11,296 bases of DNA from Verrucomicrobiota bacterium (GTDB lineage Bacteria; Verrucomicrobiota; Verrucomicrobiia; Chthoniobacterales; UBA6821), in the NCBI GenBank assembly GCA_008932965.1, contig WBXG01000058.1, forward strand, positions 1-11,296, in the 5' to 3' direction. The position numbers and the translations under genes were made by a program. The notes under the pieces were generated by a model. It made no database searches and was not told the DNA's origin. It saw nothing but the letters and a program-made list of their open reading frames with translations. This document shows positions 8,307 through 11,296 of this stretch, piece after piece. Position 1 is the stretch's first letter. Each line of letters opens with the position of its first letter.

Positions 8307-9607
8307 ACATCACTCAGTTTTTATACAATCTCCTTTTTCCGTTTTTTTTCATTCTGGTTTTGCCTAGTTATCTTCCTCGAATGCTCCGACGTGGTGGATA
8401 TCACCATTCTTTTTTTCAACGGTTTGGTATCTTTGATCGAGATACTGTGGAGCGACTCGGTCATGGGCGTCTCTGGATTCATGCTGTGAGCGTTGGTGAA
8501 ATCTTTATTGCTCTTAAATTCATTAAAAACTTTCATCATCGTCATCCTGATGTCCGTTTTATCCTCTCTGTTACAACAACCACTGGTCTTGAGATAGCGC
8601 GTCAGGAAGCGAGTTCCTGGTTAGAACCGATTGCCAATCCACTCGATTTCTTTTTTGTAACAAACACTTTTGTAAAACACTTTCAACCGGCAGCGCTCAT
8701 TATGGTGGAGGGAGATCTTTGGCCCCAACGATTATGGCAGTGCAAAAAAAGAGGTATACCGACAGCTATTATCTCTGCTCGTCTTTCTCCTCGTTCTGAA
8801 GAGAGATTCAACAGATTTTCTAAGATAGTTGCTCCTCTTTTTAATCTTTTAGATTTGATCTGCGTGCCCTCGCTAAGGGATCAAGAGCGCTGGCATCGTC
8901 TCACAATTAATAGACCTAGTTTCTCCGTGACCGGTAATATGAAATTTGATCAAGAGGGAAAACCCTCTGTGGCAGGTCCTCCAGATCTAGAAAGAATTTT
9001 CTCAGAACTAAGATGGAGTGATCAGGATCCTCTTTTTCTTGCGGGAAGTACTGCCGATATAGTTGAGGAGGAGGAAGTATTACAAGCTTGGATCTCCCTG
9101 CGATTAAAATTCCCTAGGTTGCGATTAGTTATTGTTCCTCGGCATGCGGAACGGCGTCATGAATTAGCAGCTCTTTTTCAAAAATATGAAATTTCATTAT
9201 CTCTTCGTTCCTCCATGTCACTACTCCCTACCGATGCCTTGCTTTTAGATACAACTGGTGAACTTAAATCGTGGTATACTTTAGCAACTATTGTTTTTAT
9301 TGGTAAAAGTCTTGGAATGGGAAAAGCCCGTGGAGGACAAAATTTAGTAGAACCTATCATGCTTGGTCGTCCAGTTTTAGTCGGTCCATACATGGGAAAC
9401 TTTGAGCCATTAACTTCACATCTTATCCATGCTGAGGGAATCATACGTGTTAACACTGGAAAAGAGATTGCAGCTACTATAGAGGACTTCATTCTTCATC
9501 CAGAAAAAGCTCAGAGTATGGTTCTAAGAGCGAATAGACTTCTACAAGCCGATCAAGGCTCTGTAGAAAGAACATCAATATCTATTGAGAGGTTGCTTCA
9601 ATCTTAA
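8303..9607 (+). CDS. waaA: 3-deoxy-D-manno-octulosonic acid (Kdo) transferase WaaA/KdtA
   Basis: There is an N-terminal membrane anchor, the hallmark LWIHAVSVGE motif, a GT30-type C-terminal half (VIVPRHAERR, GGQNLVEP) and 434 aa in total. The start forms an ATGA overlap with rsmD. The TAA stop (9605-9607) lies inside the TTAA terminus of repeat D. Confidence 0.9.
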   Translation: MNITQFLYNLLFPFFFILVLPSYLPRMLRRGGYHHSFFQRFGIFDRDTVERLGHGRLWIHAVSVGEIFIALKFIKNFHHRHPDVRFILSVTTTTGLEIARQEASSWLEPIANPLDFFFVTNTFVKHFQPAALIMVEGDLWPQRLWQCKKRGIPTAIISARLSPRSEERFNRFSKIVAPLFNLLDLICVPSLRDQERWHRLTINRPSFSVTGNMKFDQEGKPSVAGPPDLERIFSELRWSDQDPLFLAGSTADIVEEEEVLQAWISLRLKFPRLRLVIVPRHAERRHELAALFQKYEISLSLRSSMSLLPTDALLLDTTGELKSWYTLATIVFIGKSLGMGKARGGQNLVEPIMLGRPVLVGPYMGNFEPLTSHLIHAEGIIRVNTGKEIAATIEDFILHPEKAQSMVLRANRLLQADQGSVERTSISIERLLQS

Positions 9608-9715
9608 CCCGGATATTTCATACTAATCGTGACGAGGAGGCTGCGAAGCCTGATGGGGCACCAACGGCGTTCGGGAGGCCGCGGGGAAGACTGCCAGAGA
9701 CTTCCCTTCCTCTAA
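9604..9715 (-). repeat. Copy D, a single-arm copy in inverted orientation and unusually GC-rich
   Basis: Positions 9604-9658 match the reverse complement of copy A's right arm (69-123) at 48/55 positions. The terminus TTAACCCGGATATTTCATACTAATC starts on the waaA stop codon. The distal end shares CTAA (9712-9715) with copy E. Confidence 0.8.
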
Positions 9716-9896
9716 CCCCCATATTTCATACTAAATCTATTACGGTTTGTGGAAAGCTCATCATTACTGCGTTGGTCTCGAATTGTGATTTGGGCAGTAT
9801 GAAACATACAGCCCGGCATCCCAATCCTTCGCCTACCTTCTACTAATAAGCTTTGCACGACGCCTCATGACGATTCAGTATGAAAATCCGGGCTAG
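9712..9896 (+). repeat. Copy E, a full-length copy with both termini and a nearly end-to-end palindrome
   Basis: The left terminus is CTAACCCCCATATTTCATACTAAATC. The right terminus, CGATTCAGTATGAAAATCCGGGCTAG, is its inverted counterpart. The arms at 9716-9794 and 9820-9892 are largely complementary, for example GTGGAAAGCTCATCATTAC against the reverse complement GTGCAAAGCTTATTAGTAG. The central loop is at 9795-9819. Confidence 0.85.
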
Positions 9897-9929
9897 GCTA
9901 TGGGCATAAAATTGCAGTAAGATTTTTTT

Positions 9930-10373
9930 ATGTATTTTTTTTTGAAACGCACTGTTATTGGATTTTTGTGTATGTTGATGGTTGGGGGCTCCTGTCACGA
10001 CTGCACCTATGATAGCTATTGGTCGTTAGCAGAAGTAGCGCTTATTTTTGGCATGGCTAGTAGTGCACTTTATTGCTTTTCTATAGCTCCTGGCTTACGA
10101 CCTTATTTGCAAAAGATTGTTTTATTGAATCTATTAGTGAATACATTTGTGATTTTGATCTTATGGAAATTGATTCCTGGATTTCACTTGGTAAGCACCT
10201 CAACGGCAATTTGGATGGCTTTTCTCATAGGAGTCATATTTTTTGTGATTCAATTTATTTCCGTATACAAACGAGTTCGCACTGCAAAAAAAACACCAAA
10301 AATAAAAGCAGCAAAAGCCAAAGTTATTTCCTCTAAAAAAATAGACTGTACTAACCCGGACATTTCACACTAA
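9930..10373 (+). CDS. Small integral membrane protein (about 4 predicted TM helices, CxxC after TM1, Lys-rich C-terminal tail); function unknown
   Basis: The ORF is 147 aa with four hydrophobic stretches and a positively charged tail (KRVRTAKKTPKIKAAKAKVISSKK), which fits the positive-inside rule. I recognise no family. The last ~7 codons and the stop are encoded by repeat F, so the native C-terminus is uncertain. Confidence 0.55.
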   Translation: MYFFLKRTVIGFLCMLMVGGSCHDCTYDSYWSLAEVALIFGMASSALYCFSIAPGLRPYLQKIVLLNLLVNTFVILILWKLIPGFHLVSTSTAIWMAFLIGVIFFVIQFISVYKRVRTAKKTPKIKAAKAKVISSKKIDCTNPDISH

Positions 10374-10530
10374 ATCTATCACTACTTGTTCAAAGATCAT
10401 TGTTACCACGATGGTTTCGAATAGTGATTCGGTAGGGATTCCTCCGGCCCTGCATTCAAACACTTGCCTGTCTTACTTCATCAGTCTTCGCTGCCTTATC
10501 ATTACGATTAGTATGAAATATCTGTATTAA
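10351..10530 (+). repeat. Copy F, a full-length, AT-drifted copy
   Basis: The left terminus is CTAACCCGGACATTTCACACTAAATC and the right terminus is CGATTAGTATGAAATATCTGTATTAA. The left arm aligns with copy E (..AAATCTATCAC..CAAAGATCATTGTTACCACGATGGTTTCGAATAGTGATTCGG). The reverse complement of the right arm aligns with copies D and A. Confidence 0.85.
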
Positions 10531-10558
10531 TCTGTTTTTATCTTTTAAGAAAAGCATT

Positions 10559-11005
10559 ATGAAAATTCGATCTCTTGTTTTATTACTTTTGTTTCTCCTC
10601 TCCTGGAGCGCTATGAATACAGCACTTCATGCGGATAATGGATGGATGACCGACTATGCAAAAGCTCTGCAACAGGCTCATACAGAAAAGAAAAATATAC
10701 TCCTTGATTTTACGGGAAGTGATTGGTGTTTTTGGTGCAAAAAAATTCAGAAAGATATTTTTTCTCAAGGCTCCTTTCAAGAATTTGCCAAGAAAAATCT
10801 TATATTAGTAGAAGTTGACTTTCCTCAGGCAAAAGAACAAAGCGACGTTCTTAAAAAACAGAATGCAGATTTGCAAACTGAATATGGAGTTGAGGGTTTT
10901 CCTACACTCATTCTGCTTGATCCCAATGGTAAGATCATCAAAAGGAATACCGGCTATCCGCATGGTGGCCTCGAGGGATTGATCGAGTGGATAAGAAAAA
11001 ACTAA
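10559..11005 (+). CDS. Exported thioredoxin-fold protein with a WCxxC active site (thioredoxin-like family)
   Basis: There is a signal peptide (MKIRSLVLLLLFLLSWSAMNTALHA). It is followed by W..DYAKAL..A....K.ILLDFTGSDWCFWCKK, which is the redox CxxC, and then ILVEVDFP and GFPTLILLD (cis-Pro region), typical of small periplasmic thioredoxin-like proteins. Confidence 0.75.
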   Translation: MKIRSLVLLLLFLLSWSAMNTALHADNGWMTDYAKALQQAHTEKKNILLDFTGSDWCFWCKKIQKDIFSQGSFQEFAKKNLILVEVDFPQAKEQSDVLKKQNADLQTEYGVEGFPTLILLDPNGKIIKRNTGYPHGGLEGLIEWIRKN

Positions 11006-11012
11006 ATTGGTA

Positions 11013-11186
11013 CTAACCAGATATTTCATACTGATCTGCTGCAGAAGCCGGTAAGCAAGGGTGGATGCTGCGCACAAGCTTGAAGTCTTCCTCGGGCAGT
11101 AGGGACTCATACAGCATTACTTCAAAATACGTTTCTGCGTTGACTCGCTCGCTCCTGCTTGTTTGAAACCTTTCAGGGCTGCTTAA
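11013..11186 (+). repeat. Copy G, full length with a well-preserved left arm and a degenerate right arm
   Basis: The left terminus is CTAACCAGATATTTCATACTGATCTGCTGCAGAAGCCGGTAAGC..., and the core at 11082-11103 is identical to 13-34. The right arm (11111-11182) retains only weak similarity, for example GGTTTCAAAC in place of ATTTCATAC in reverse complement. It ends on a TTAA shared with copy H. Confidence 0.7.
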
Positions 11187-11296
11187 CCCAAATATTTCAT
11201 GCTAATCTACTACGGAAGCCGGGAAGTCAGATGGATGCTGCGTTAGACTCACATTTTGATTTGGGCAGTATGTACACATACAGCCCTGCATCAAAA
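11183..11296 (+). repeat. Copy H, with the left arm and centre present and the rest cut off by the window edge
   Basis: TTAACCCAAATATTTCATGCTAATCTACTACGGAAGCCGGGAAGTCAGATGGATGCTGCGTTAGACTC...GATTTGGGCAGTATGTACACATACAGCCC aligns with copies C and E across the left arm and the central GGGCAGTATG..CATACAGCCC loop. Confidence 0.8.

Noticed and set aside
9923-9943. T7 and T9 homopolymers flanking and inside the first codons of the 147-aa ORF as a phase-variation switch
   Set aside because: A/T homopolymers of 8-9 nt are common throughout this window, for example 1739-1746 and 5395-5403 inside a CDS. The tract is not distinctive without population data.
10411-10431. tRNA T-arm-like string GGTTTCGAATAGTGATTCGG (also GGTCTCGAATTGTGATTTGGG at 9774-9794)
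   Set aside because: It is part of the repeat arm. There is no acceptor, D or anticodon stem around it and no proper T-stem complementarity.
10502-10530. Outward-facing promoter formed by the right end of repeat F (TTACGA-17-TATTAA), 29 nt upstream of the thioredoxin-like gene
   Set aside because: The spacing is right, but the -35 matches only 3/6 and the -10 only 4/6. Equivalent positions in other copies do not give better hexamers. It is kept only as a weak possibility.
290-10780. Remaining short ORFs in the track: 290-556, 605-964, 1149-1337, 2056-2313, 3391-3633, 4646-5002, 5012-5203, 5431-5691, 5726-5926, 5946-6221, 5989-6255, 8321-8545, 9178-9492, 10073-10336, 10583-10780
   Set aside because: All are nested in or antisense to longer CDSs with clear family motifs. 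In AT-rich DNA such shadow frames are expected, and none has recognisable motifs.
10805-11110. 101-aa minus-strand ORF
   Set aside because: One half is antisense to the well-supported thioredoxin-like CDS, and the other half runs through repeat G. It has no recognisable features.
9604-11296. CRISPR-array interpretation of the repeated units
   Set aside because: The units are ~180 bp long palindromes, not 25-40 bp direct repeats. Spacing is irregular, the sequences between them are genes, and no cas genes are present.

Overview
This is an AT-rich, tightly packed bacterial chromosomal segment from a diderm organism, judging by a Kdo transferase, an OprB-type porin and an AsmA-like protein. I cannot assign a taxon from the sequence alone. 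I support 11 CDSs. On the minus strand there is an OprB-family porin. On the plus strand there is a near-contiguous string: Leu/Phe/Val-type amino-acid dehydrogenase, TRAM/Fe-S RNA m5U methyltransferase, TrhO, a CxxCxxCC (YkgJ-type) protein and a PAP2 class-A phosphatase. These are followed by an AsmA-like membrane protein, RsmD and WaaA, and then two small genes: a 4-TM CxxC membrane protein and an exported thioredoxin-fold CxxC protein. I found no rRNA, tRNA, CRISPR array, transposase or defence-type gene. The unusual content is non-coding. Eight copies or fragments of one ~175-190 bp imperfectly palindromic repeat family have termini of the form YTAR-CCNGATATTTCATACTRATC. By my coordinates they total about 1.15 kb, roughly three quarters of all intergenic DNA here. 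They sit on or next to stop codons, occur in junction-sharing tandems, bracket the two small genes individually, and occupy the divergent porin/dehydrogenase control region. I read them as a non-autonomous MITE-like or structured-RNA repeat family that I cannot match to any named family from memory. Everything else looks like ordinary housekeeping and envelope genes, with a few low-level curiosities listed below.
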